Of a stretch of 64,000 bases of DNA, positions 51,901 through 64,000 are shown one piece after another. The notes beneath the pieces were generated by a model, which made no database searches, was not told the origin of the DNA, and was given only the letters and a program-made list of their open reading frames with translations. Every line of letters starts with the position of its first letter. Position 1 is the stretch's first letter. Source of the stretch: Eledone cirrhosa (Eukaryota); the NCBI GenBank assembly GCA_964016885.1, contig OZ024757.1, positions 13,330,001 to 13,394,000 on the forward strand, read 5' to 3'. Both the position numbers and the translations under genes were made by a program.

Positions 51901-54900
51901 TACTGGGAGTAGTTAGTATGATAGACATGTAGTAGGTTAGACATGTAGTAGTGGTACCAACTGTGGTTGGTACACTGGGAGTAGTTAGTAGGTTAGACAT
52001 GTAATAGTGGTAACAACTGTGGTTGGTGTACTGGGAGTAGTTAGTAGCTTAGACATGTAGAAGTGGTACCAATTGCAGTTGGTAACTGGGAGTAGTTAGT
52101 AGGTTAGACATGTAGAAGTAGTATCGACTGTGGATGGTGTACTGGGAGTAGTTAGTAGGTTAGACATGTAGAAGTGGTACTAACTGTGGTTGGTGTACTG
52201 GGAGTAGTTAGTAGGTTAGACATGTAGAAGTGGTACCAACTGTGGTTGGTGTACTGGGAGTCGTTAGTAGGTTAGACATGTAGTAGTGGTACCAAATGTG
52301 GTTGGTACACTAGGACTAGTTAGTAGGTCAGACATGTACTAGTTGTACCGACTGTGGTTGGTGTACTGGGAGTAGTTAGTAGGTTATACATGTAGTAGTG
52401 GTACCAACTGTGGTTGGTACACTAGTAGTTAGTAGGTTAGACATGTAGTAGTTGTACCAACTGTGGTTGGTGTACTGGGAGTAGTTAGTAGGTTAGACAT
52501 GTAGTAGTGATACCAACTGTGGTTGGTACACTAGTAGTTAGTAGGTTAGACATGTAGTAGTGGTACCGACTGTGGTTGGTGTACTGGGAGTAGTTAGTAG
52601 GTTAGACATGTAGAAGTGGTACCAATTGCAGTTGGTACACTGGGAGTAGTTAGTAGGTTAGATATGTAGAAGTAGTATCGACTGTGGTTGGTGTACTGGG
52701 GGGTAGTTAGCAGGTTAGACATGTTGTAGTGGTACCAACTGTGGTTGGTTTACTGGGAGTAGTTAGTAGGTTAGGCATCTAGAAGTGGTACCGACTGTGG
52801 TTGGTGTACTGGGAGGAGTTAGCAGGTTAGACATGTTGTAGTGGTACCGACTGTGGTTGGTGTACTGGGAGTAGTTAGTAGGTTAGACATGTAGTAGTGG
52901 TACCAACTGTGGTTGGTACACTGGGAGTAGTTAGTAGGTTAGACATGTAGAAGTGGTACCGACTGTGGTTGGTGTACTGGGAGTAGTTAGTAGGTTAGAC
53001 ATGTAGTAGTGGTACCAACTGTGGTTGGTACACTAGTAGTTAGTAGGTTAGACATGTAGTAGTGGTACCAACTGTTGTTGGTGTACTGGGAGTAGTTAGT
53101 AGGTTAGACATGTAGAAGTGGTACCAACTGTGGTTGGTGTACTGGGAGTAGTTAGTAGGTTAGACATGTAGTAGTGGTACCGACTGTGGTTGGTACACTG
53201 GGAGTATTTATTAGGTTAGGCATGTAGTAGCGGTACCAATTGTGGTTGGTACACTAGGAGTTGTTAGTAGGTCAGACATGTAATAGTTGTACCGACTGTG
53301 GTTGTTGTACTGGGAGTAGTTAGTAGGTTAGACATGTAGTAGTGGTACCAACTGTGGTTGGTACACTAGTAGTTAGTAGGTTAGACATGTAGTAGTGGTA
53401 CCAACTGTGGTTGGTACACTGGGAGTAGTTAGTAGGTTCCACATGTAGTAGTGGTACCAACTGTGGTTGGTGTACTGGGAGTAGTTAGTAGGTTAGAAAT
53501 ATAGTAGTGGTACCGACTGTGGTTTGTACACTGGGAGTAGTTAGTAGGTTAGACATATAGTAGTGGTACCGACTGTGGTTGGTACACTGGGAGTAGTTAG
53601 TAGGTTAGACATGTAGTAGTGGTACCAACTGTGGTTGGTTTACAGGGAGTAGTTAGTAGGTTAGACATGTAGTAGTGGTACCAATTGTGGTTGGTGTACT
53701 GGGAGTAGTTAGTAGGTTAGACATGTAGTAGTGGTACCGACTGTGGTTGGTACACAGGGAGTAGTTAGTAGGTTAGACATGGAGTAGTGGTACCAACTGT
53801 GGTTGGTCTACTGAGAGTAGTTAGTAGGTTAGACATGTAGTAGTGGTACCAACTGTGGTTGGTGTACTGGGAGTAGTTAGTAGGATAGACATGTAGTATT
53901 GGTACCAACTGTGGTTGGTACATTAGGAGTAGTTAGTAGGTTAGACATGTAGAAGTGGTACCAATTGCAGTTGGTACACTGGGAGTAGTTAGTAGGTTAG
54001 ACATGTAGAAGTGGTACTAACTGTGGTTGGTGTACTGGGAGTAGTTAGTAGGTTAGACATGTAGAAGTGGTACCAACTGTGGTTGGTGTACTGGGAGTAG
54101 TTAGTAGATTAGACATGTAGTAGTGGTACCGACTGTGGTTGGTGTACTGGGAGTAGTTAGTAGGTTAGACATGTAGTAGTGGTACCAACTGTGGTTGGTA
54201 CACTGGGAGTAGTTAGTAGGTTAGACATGTAGTAGTGGTACCAATTGTGGTTGGTACACTAGGAGTAGTTAGTAGGTCAGACATGTAGTAGTTGTACCGA
54301 CTGTGGTTGGTGTACTGGGAGTAGTTAGTAGGTTAGAAATGTAGTAGTGGTACCAACCGTGGTTGGTACACTAGTAGTTAGTATGTAAGACATGTTGTAG
54401 TGGTACCGACTGTGGTTGGTGTACTGGGAGTAGTTAGTAGGTTAGATATGTAGAAGTAGTCTCGACTGTGGTTGGTGTACTGGGAGTAGTTAGTAGGTTA
54501 GACATGTAGTAGTGGTACCGACTGTGGTTGGTGTACTGGGAGTAGTTAGTAGGTAGACATGTAGAAGTGGTAGCAACTGTGGTTGGTGTACTGGGAGTAG
54601 TTAGTAGGTTAGATATGTAGAAGTAGTATCGACTGTGGTTGGTGTACTGGGAGTAGTTAGTAGGTTGGACATGTAGCAGTGGTACCAACTGTGGTTGGTA
54701 CACTAGGAGTAGTTAGTAGGTTAGACATGTAGTAGTGGTACCGACTGTGGTTGGTGTACTGGGAGTAGTTAGTAGGTTAGGCATCTAGAAGTGGTACCAA
54801 CTGTGGTTGGTGTACTGGGAGTAGTTAGTAGGTTAGACATGTAGTAGTGGTACCAACTGTGGTTGGTACACTAGGAGTAGTTAGTAGGTTAGACATGTAG

Positions 54901-57900
54901 TAGTGGTACCGACTGTGGTTGGTGTACTGGGACTAGTTAGTAGGTTAGGCCTGTAGTAGTGGTACCGACTGTGGTTGGTGTACTGGGAGTAGTTAGTAGG
55001 TTAGGCATGTAGTAGTGGTACCGACTGTGGTTGGTGTACTGGGAGTAGTTAGTAGGTTAGGCATGTAGTAGTGGTACAGACTGTGGTTGGTGTACTGGGA
55101 GTAGTTAGTAGGTTAGACATGTAGTAGTGGTACAAACTGTGGTTGGTACACTAGGAGTAGTTAGTAGGTTAGATATGTAGTAGTGGTACCGACTGTGGTT
55201 GGTGTACTGGGAGTAGTTAGTAGGTTAGTCAACTAGAAGTGGTACCAACTGTGGTTGGTGTACTGGGAGTAGTTAGTATGATAGACATGTAGTAGGTTAG
55301 ACATGTAGTAGTGGTACCAACTGTGGTTGGTACACTGGGAGTAGTTAGTAGGTTAGACATGTAGTAGTGGTAACAACTGTGGTTGGTGTACTGGGAGTAG
55401 TTAGTAGCTTAGACATGTAGAAGTGGTACCAATTGCAGTTGGTACACTGGGAGTAGTTAGTAGGTTAGACATGTAGAAGTAGTATCGACTGTGGATGGTG
55501 TACTGGGAGTAGTTAGTAGGTTAGACATGTAGAAGTGGTACTAACTGTGGTTGGTGTACTGGGAGTAGTTAGTAGGTTAGACATGTAGAAGTGGTACCAA
55601 CTGTGGTTGGTGTACTGGGAGTCGTTAGTAGGTTAGACATGTAGTAGTGGTACCAAATGTGGTTGGTACACTAGGACTAGTTAGTAGGTCAGACATGTAG
55701 TAGTTGTACCGACTGTGGTTGGTGTACTGGGAGTAGTTAGTAGGTTAGACATGTAGTAGTGGTACCAACTGTGGTTGGTACACTAGTAGTTAGTAGGTTA
55801 GACATGTAGTAGTGGTACCGACTGTGGTTGGTGTACTGGGAGTAGTTAGTAGGTTAGACATGTAGAAGTGGTACCAATTGCAGTTGGTACACTGGGAGTA
55901 GTTAGTAGGTTAGACACGTAGTAGTGGTACCGACTGTGGTTGGTGTACTGGGAGTAGTTAGTAGGTTAGACATGTAGTAGTGGTACCAACTGTGGTTGGT
56001 ACACTGGGAGTAGTTAGTAGGTTAGACATGTAGAAGTGGTACCGACTGTGGTTGGTGTACTGGGAGGAGTTAGCAGGTTAGACATGTTGTAGTGGTACCG
56101 ACTTTGGTTGGTACACTAGTAGTTAGTAGGTTAGACATGTAGTAGTGGTACCAACTGTTGTTGGTGTACTGGAAGTAGTTAGTAGGTTAGACATGTAGAA
56201 GTGGTACCAACTGTGGTTGGTGTACTGGGAGTAGTTAGTAGGTTAGACATGTAGTAGTGGTACCGACTGTGGTTGGTACACTGGGAGTAGTTATTAGGTT
56301 AGGCATGTAGTAGCGGTACCAATTGTGGTTGGTACACTAGGAGTTGTTAGTAGGTCAGACATGTAGTAGTTGTACCGACTGTGGTTGTTGTACTGGGAGT
56401 AGTTAGTAGGTTAGACATGTAGTAGTGGTACCAACTGTGGTTGGTACATTAGTAGTTAGTAGGTTAGACATGTAGTAGTGGTACCGACTGTGGTTGGTAC
56501 ACTGGGAGTAGTTATTAGGTTAGGCATGTAGTAGCGGTACCAATTGTGGTTGGTACACTAGGAGTTGTTAGTAGGTCAGACATGTAGTAGTTGTACCGAC
56601 TGTGGTTGTTGTACTGGGAGTAGTTAGTAGGTTAGACATGTAGTAGTGGTACCAACTGTGGTTGGTACATTAGTAGTTAGTAGGTTAGACATGTAGTAGT
56701 GGTACCGACTGTGGTTGGTGTACTGGGAGTAGTTACTAGGTTAGACATGTAGTAGTGGTACCAACTGTGGTTTGTACACTGGGAGTAGTTAGTAGGTTAG
56801 ACATGTAGTAGTGGTACGAATTGTGGTTGGTACACTAGGAGTTGTTAGTAGGTTAGACATGTAGTAGTGGTACCAACTGTGGTTGGTGTACTGGGGGTAG
56901 TTAGCAGGTTAGACATGTTGTAGTGGTACCAACTGTGGTTGGTGTACTGGGAGTAGTTAGTAGGTTAGACATGTAGTAGTGGTACCAACTGTGGTTGGTG
57001 TACTGGGAGTAGTTAGTAGGTTAGACATATAGAAGTGGTACCGACTGTGGTTGGTGTACTGGGGGGTAGTTAGCAGGTTAGACATGTTGTAGTGGTACCA
57101 ACTGTGGTTGGTTTACTGGGAGTAGTTAGTAGGTTAGGCATCTAGAAGTGGTACCAACTGTGGTTGGTGTACTGGGGGTAGTTAGCAGATTAGACATGTT
57201 GTAGTGGTACCAAATGTGGTTGGTGTACTGGGAATAGTTATTAGGTTAGACCTGTAGTAGTGGTACCGACTGTGGTTGGTGTACTGGGAGTAGTTAGTAG
57301 GTTAGACATGTAGAAGTGGTACCGACTGTGGTTGGTGTACTGGGAGTAGTTAGTAGGTTAGGCATGTAGAAGTGGTACCAACTGTGGTTGGTGTACTGGG
57401 AGTAGTTAGTAGGTTAGACATGTAGTAGTGGTACCAACTGTGGTTGGTGTACTGGGAGTAGTTAGTAGGTTAGGCATGTAGAAGTGGTAGCAACTGTAGT
57501 TGGTACACTAGGAGTAGTTAGTAGGTTAGATATGTAGAAGTAGTATCGACTGTGGTTGGTGTACTGGGAGTAGTTAGTAGGTTGGACATGTAGCAGTGGT
57601 ACCAACTGTGGTTGGTACACTAGGAGTAGTTAGTAGGTTAGTCAACTAGAAGTGGTACCAACTGTGGTTGGTGTACTGGGAGTAGTTAGTATGATAGACA
57701 TGTAGTAGGTTAGACATGTAGTAGTGGTACCAACTGTGGTTGGTACACTGGGAGTAGTTAGTAGGTTAGACATGTAGTAGTGGTAACAACTGTGGTTGGT
57801 GTACTGGGAGTAGTTAGTAGCTTAGACATGTAGAAGTGGTACCAATTGCAGTTGGTACACTGGGAGTAGTTAGCAGGTTAGACATGTAGAAGTAGTATCG

Positions 57901-60900
57901 ACTGTGGATGGTGTACTGCGAGTAGTTAGTAGGTTAGACATGTAGTAGTGGTACCAAATGAGGTTGGTACACTAGGACTAGTTAGTAGGTCAGACATGTA
58001 GTAGTTGTACCGACTGTGGTTGGTGTACTGGGAGTAGTTAGTAGGTTAGACATGTAGTAGTGGTACCAACTGTGGTTGGTACACTAGTAGTTAGTAGGTT
58101 AGACATGTAGTAGTTGTACCAACTGTGGTTGGTGTACTGGGAGTAGTTAGTAGGTTAGACATGTAGTAGTGATACCAACTGTGGTTGGTACACTAGTAGT
58201 TAGTAGGTTAGACATGTAGTAGTGGTACCGACTGTGGTTGGTGTACTGGGAGTAGTTAGTAGGTTAGACATGTAGAAGTGGTACCAATTGCAGTTGGTAC
58301 ACTGGGAGTAGTTAGTAGGTTAGATATGTAGAAGTAGTATCGACTGTGGTTGGTGTACTGGGAGGAGTTAGCAGGTTAGACATGTTGTAGTGGTACCGAC
58401 TGTGGTTGGTGTACTGGGAGTAGTTAGTAGGTTAGACATGTAGTAGTGGTACCAACTGTGGTTGGTACACTGGGAGTAGTTAGTAGGTTAGACATGTAGT
58501 AGTGGTACCAACTGTGGTTGGTACACTGGGAGTAGTTAGTAGGTTAGACATGTTGTAGCGGTACCGACTGTGGTTGGTGTACTGGGAGTAGTTAGTAGGT
58601 TAGACATGTAGTAGTGGAACCAACTGTGGTTGGTACACTAGTAGTTAGTAGGTTAGACATGTAGTAGTGGTACCAACTGTTGTTGGTGTACTGGGAGTAG
58701 TTAGTAGGTTAGACATGTAGAAGTGGTACCAACTGTGGTTGGTGTACTGGGAGAAGTTAGTAGGTTAGACATGTAGTAGTGGTACCGACTGTGGTTGGTA
58801 CACTGGGAGTAGTTATTAGGTTAGGCATGTAGTAGCGGTACCAATTGTGGTTGGTACACTAGGAGTTGTTAGTAGGTCAGACATGTAGTAGTTGTACCGA
58901 CTGTGGTTGTTGTACTGGGAGTAGTTACTAGGTTAGACATGTAGTAGTGGTACCAACTGTGGTTTGTACACTGGGAGTAGTTAGTAGGTTAGACATGTAG
59001 TAGTGGTACGAATTGTGGTTGGTACACTAGGAGTTGTTAGTAGGTTAGACATGTAGTAGTGGTACCGACTGTGGTTGGTGTACTGGGAGTAGTTAGCAGG
59101 TTAGACATGTTGTAGTGGTACCAACTGTGGTTCGTGTACTGGGAGTAGTTAGTAGGTTAGACATGTAGTAGTGGTACCAACTGTGGTTGGTGTACTGGGG
59201 GTAGTTAGCAGGTTAGACATGTTGTAGTGGTACCAACCGTGGTTGGTGTACTGGGAGTAGTTAGTAGGTTAGACATGTAGTAGTGGTACCAACTGTGGTT
59301 GGTGTACTGGGAGTAGTTAGTAGGTTAGACATATAGAAGTGGTACCGACTGTGGTTGGTGTTCTGGGGGGTAGTTAGCAGGTTAGACATGTTGTAGTGGT
59401 ACCAACTGTGGTTGGTTTACTGGGAGTAGTTAGTAGGTTAGGCATCTAGAAGTGGTACCAACTGTGGTTGGTGTACTGGGGGTAGTTAGCAGATTAGACA
59501 TGTTGTAGCGGTCCCGACTGTGGTTGGTGTTCTGGGAGTAGTTAGTAGGTTAGACATGTAGAAGTGGTACCACATGTGGTTGGTGTACTGGGAGTAGTTA
59601 GTAGGTTAGACATATAGTAGTGGTACCGACTGTGGTTGGTACACTGGGAGTAGTTAGTAGGTTAGACATATAGTAGTGGTACCGACTGTGGTTGGTACAC
59701 TGGGAGTAGTTAGTAGGTTAGACATGTAGTAGTCGTACCAACTGTAGTTGGTTTACTGGGAGTAGTTAGTAGGTTAGACATGTAGTAGCGGTACCGACTG
59801 TGGTTGGTGTTCTGGGAGTAGTTAGTAGGTTAGACATGTAGAAGTGGTACCACATGTGGTTGGTGTACTGGGAGTAGTTAGTAGGTTAGACATATAGTAG
59901 TGGTACCGACTGTGGTTGGTACACTGGGAGTAGTTAGTAGGTTAGACATATAGTAGTGGTACCGACTGTGGTTGGTACACTGGAAGTAGTTAGTAGGTTA
60001 GACATGTAGTAGTGGTATCAACTGTGGTTGGTTTACTGGGAGTAGTTAGTAGGTTAGACATGTAGTAGTGGTACCAATTGTGGTTGGTGTACTGGGAGTA
60101 GTTAGTAGGTTAGACATATAGAAGTGGTACCGGCTGTGGTTGGTACACTGGGAGTAGTTAGTAGGTTAGACATGTAGAAGTGGTATCAACTGTGGTTGGT
60201 GTACCGGGAGTAGTTAGTAGGTTAGACATGTAGAAGTGGTACCAATTGCAGTTGGTACACTGGGAGTAGTTATTAGGTTAGACACGTAGTAGTGGTACCG
60301 ACTGTGGTTGGTACACTGGGAGTAGTTAGTAGGTTAGAAATGTAGTAGTGGGACCAACTGTGGCTGGTCTACTGGGAGTAGTTAAGAGGTTAGACATGTA
60401 CTAGTGGTACCAACTGTGGTTGGTGTACTGGGAGTAGTTAGTAGGTTAGACATGTAGTATTGGTACCAAATGTGGTTGGTACACTAGGAGTAGTTAGTAG
60501 GTCAGACATGTAGAAGTGGTACCAATTGCAGTTGGTACACTGGGAGTAGTTAGTAGGTTAGACACGTAGTAGTGGTACCGACTGTGGTTGGTGTACTGGG
60601 AGTAGTTAGTAGGTAGACATGTAGTAGTGGTACCAACTGTGGTTGGTGTACTGGGCGTAGTTAGTAGGTTAGACATGTAGAAGTAGTATCGACTGTGGTT
60701 GGTACACTGGGAGTAGTTAGTAGGTTCCACATGTAGTAGTGGTACCAACTGTGGTTGGTGTACTGGGAGTAGTTAGTAGGTTAGAAATATAGTAGTGGTA
60801 CCGACTGTGGTTTGTACACTGGGAGTAGTTAGTAGGTTAGACATATAGTAGTGGTACCGACTGTGGTTGGTACACTGGGAGTAGTTAGTAGGTTAGACAT

Positions 60901-63900
60901 GTAGTAGTGGTACCAACTGTGGTTGGTTTACAGGGAGTAGTTAGTAGGTTAGACATGTAGTAGTGGTACCAATTGTGGTTGGTGTACTGGGAGTAGTTAG
61001 TAGGTTACACATGTAGTAGTGGTACCGACTGTGGTTGCTACACAGGGAGTAGTTAGTAGGTTAGACATGGAGTAGTGGTACCAACTGTGGTTGGTCTACT
61101 GAGAGTAGTTAGTAGGTTAGACATGTAGTAGTGGTACCAACTGTGGTTGGTGTACTGGGATTAGTTAGTAGGATAGACATGTAGTATTGGTACCAACTGT
61201 GGTTGGTACATTAGGAGTAGTTAGTAGGTTAGACATGTAGAAGTGGTACCAATTGCAGTTGGTACACTGGGAGTAGTTAGTAGGTTAGACATGTAGAAGT
61301 GGTACTAACTGTGGTTGGTGTACTGGGAGTAGTTAGTAGGTTAGACATGTAGAAGTGGTACCAACTGTGGTTGGTGTACTGGGAGTAGTTAGTAGATTAG
61401 ACATGTAGTAGTGGTACCGACTGTGGTTGGTGTACTGGGAGTAGTTAGTAGGTTAGACATGTAGTAGTGGTACCAACTGTGGTTGGTACACTGGGAGTAG
61501 TTAGTAGGTTAGACATGTAGTAGTGGTACCAATTGTGGTTGGTACACTAGGAGTAGTTAGTAGGTCAGACATGTAGTAGTTGTACCGACTGTGGTTGGTG
61601 TACTGGGAGTAGTTAGTAGGTTAGAAATGTAGTAGTGGTACCAACCGTGGTTGGTACACTAGTAGTTAGTAGGTAAGACATGTTGTAGTGGTACCGACTG
61701 TGGTTGGTGTACTGGGAGTAGTTAGTAGGTTAGGCATGTAGAAGTGGTACCAACTGTGGTTGGTGTACTGGGAGTAGTTAGTAGGTTAGTCAACTAGAAG
61801 TGGTACCAACTGTGGTTGGTGTACTGGGAGTAGTTAGTATGATAGACATGTAGTAGGTTAGACATGTAGTAGTGGTACCAACTGTGGTTGGTACACTGGG
61901 AGTAGTTAGTAGGTTAGACATGTAATAGTGGTAACAACTGTGGTTGGTGTACTGGGAGTAGTTAGTAGCTTAGACATGTAGAAGTGGTACCAATTGCAGT
62001 TGGTAACTGGGAGTAGTTAGTAGGTTAGACATGTAGAAGTAGTATCGACTGTGGATGGTGTACTGGGAGTAGTTAGTAGGTTAGACATGTAGAAGTGGTA
62101 CTAACTGTGGTTGGTGTACTGGGAGTAGTTAGTAGGTTAGACATGTAGAAGTGGTACCAACTGTGGTTGGTGTACTGGGAGTCGTTAGTAGGTTAGACAT
62201 GTAGTAGTGGTACCAAATGTGGTTGGTACACTAGGACTAGTTAGTAGGTCAGACATGTACTAGTTGTACCGACTGTGGTTGGTGTACTGGGAGTAGTTAG
62301 TAGGTTATACATGTAGTAGTGGTACCAACTGTGGTTGGTACACTAGTAGTTAGTAGGTTAGACATGTAGTAGTTGTACCAACTGTGGTTGGTGTACTGGG
62401 AGTAGTTAGTAGGTTAGACATGTAGTAGTGATACCAACTGTGGTTGGTACACTAGTAGTTAGTAGGTTAGACATGTAGTAGTGGTACCGACTGTGGTTGG
62501 TGTACTGGGAGTAGTTAGTAGGTTAGACATGTAGAAGTGGTACCAATTGCAGTTGGTACACTGGGAGTAGTTAGTAGGTTAGATATGTAGAAGTAGTATC
62601 GACTGTGGTTGGTGTACTGGGGGGTAGTTAGCAGGTTAGACATGTTGTAGTGGTACCAACTGTGGTTGGTTTACTGGGAGTAGTTAGTAGGTTAGGCATC
62701 TAGAAGTGGTACCGACTGTGGTTGGTGTACTGGGAGGAGTTAGCAGGTTAGACATGTTGTAGTGGTACCGACTGTGGTTGGTGTACTGGGAGTAGTTAGT
62801 AGGTTAGACATGTAGTAGTGGTACCAACTGTGGTTGGTACACTGGGAGTAGTTAGTAGGTTAGACATGTAGAAGTGGTACCGACTGTGGTTGGTGTACTG
62901 GGAGTAGTTAGTAGGTTAGACATGTAGTAGTGGTACCAACTGTGGTTGGTACACTAGTAGTTAGTAGGTTAGACATGTAGTAGTGGTACCAACTGTTGTT
63001 GGTGTACTGGGAGTAGTTAGTAGGTTAGACATGTAGAAGTGGTACCAACTGTGGTTGGTGTACTGGGAGTAGTTAGTAGGTTAGACATGTAGTAGTGGTA
63101 CCGACTGTGGTTGGTACACTGGGAGTAGTTATTAGGTTAGGCATGTAGTAGCGGTACCAATTGTGGTTGGTACACTAGGAGTTGTTAGTAGGTCAGACAT
63201 GTAATAGTTGTACCGACTGTGGTTGTTGTACTGGGAGTAGTTAGTAGGTTAGACATGTAGTAGTGGTACCAACTGTGGTTGGTACACTAGTAGTTAGTAG
63301 GTTAGACATGTAGTAGTGGTACCGACTGTGGATGGTGTACTGGGAGTAGTTAGTAGGTTAGACATGTAGTAGTGGTACCAACTGTGGTTGGTACACTAGT
63401 AGTTAGTAGGTTAGACATGTAGAAGTGGTACCAATTGTGGTTGGTACACTAGGAGCAGTTAGTAGGTTAGACATGTAGAAGTGGTACCAACTGTGGTTGG
63501 TGTACTGGGAGTAGTTACTAGGTTAGACATGTAGTAGTGGTACCAACTGTGGTTGGTACACTAGTAGTTAGTAGGTTAGACATGTAGAAGTGGTACCAAT
63601 TGTGGTTGGTACACTAGGAGCAGTTAGTAGGTTAGACATGTAGAAGTGGTACCAATTGTGGTTGGTGTACTGGGAATAGTTAGTAGGTTAGACATGTAGA
63701 AGTAGTACCAATTGTGGTTGGTACACTAGGAGCAGTTAGTAGGTTAGACATGTAGAAGTGGTTCCAATTGTGGTTGGTTCACTAGGAGCAGTTAGTAGGT
63801 TAGACATGTAGAAGTGGTACCAATTGTGGTTGGTACACTAGGAGCAGTTAGTAGGTTAGACATGTAGTAGTGGTACCGACTGTGGTTGGCGTACTGGAAG

Positions 63901-64000
63901 TAGTTAGTAGGTTAGACATGTAGTAGTGGTACCGACTGTGGTTGGTGTACTGGGAGTAGTTAGTAGGTTAGACATGTAGAAGTGGTACCGACTGTGGTTG
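30874..64000 (+). repeat. 56-bp satellite array (>33 kb, roughly 590 monomers, runs off the window), consensus AGACATGTAGTAGTGGTACCAACTGTGGTTGGTGTACTGGGAGTAGTTAGTAGGTT
   Basis: AGACAT recurs at 30918, 30974, 31030 and onward. Variants include 53-bp (ACACTAGTAG), 55-bp and 16-bp partial units. Confidence 0.98.

Noticed and set aside
32082-60748. Thr/Pro-rich mucin-like minus-strand ORFs in the array
   Set aside because: The unit is not a multiple of 3 and stops recur regularly; short ORFs appear only where indels skip them.
30874-64000. CRISPR array
   Set aside because: No unique spacers (the whole 56 bp repeats), no cas genes, and a eukaryotic context.
30874-64000. Telomeric repeat or G-quadruplex array (TAGGTTAG; 20 G versus 5 C per monomer)
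   Set aside because: No tandem TTAGGG or TTAGG, and mostly GG doublets. The skew is explained by Val/Gly codons of the parent ORF. A subtelomeric location cannot be judged from this window.

Overview
Eukaryotic (animal) repeat-dominated DNA with no recognisable host gene. The (TA)n-rich background and the SINE/LINE families resemble those of cephalopod (octopus-like) genomes; that taxon call is an inference. Bases 1-30.9 kb are a nest of decayed transposons: Naiad-like Penelope elements (YRDD RT, CxCx5Cx5C plus GIY-YIG), minimal type I hammerhead ribozymes in pLTR-like ends, fold-back elements in (TA)n, two Helitrons, RTE LINE pieces (one about 3.1 kb with a PHD-like finger), tRNA-derived SINEs with clear TSDs, and five co-oriented R4/Dong-like RLE retrotransposon copies at (TAA)n tracts. 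From about 30,874 to the window end is a >33 kb array of roughly 590 copies of a 56-bp monomer. The main finding is that this monomer is the coding sequence of the C-terminal 'V(E)VVPIVVGALGVVS' motif of the RLE endonuclease of the adjacent retrotransposon copy. The array begins in frame with that ORF, has an AGACAT microhomology at the unit junction, and shows nested higher-order duplications (224, 280, 2400, 3086, 6830, 7288 and 9921 bp).
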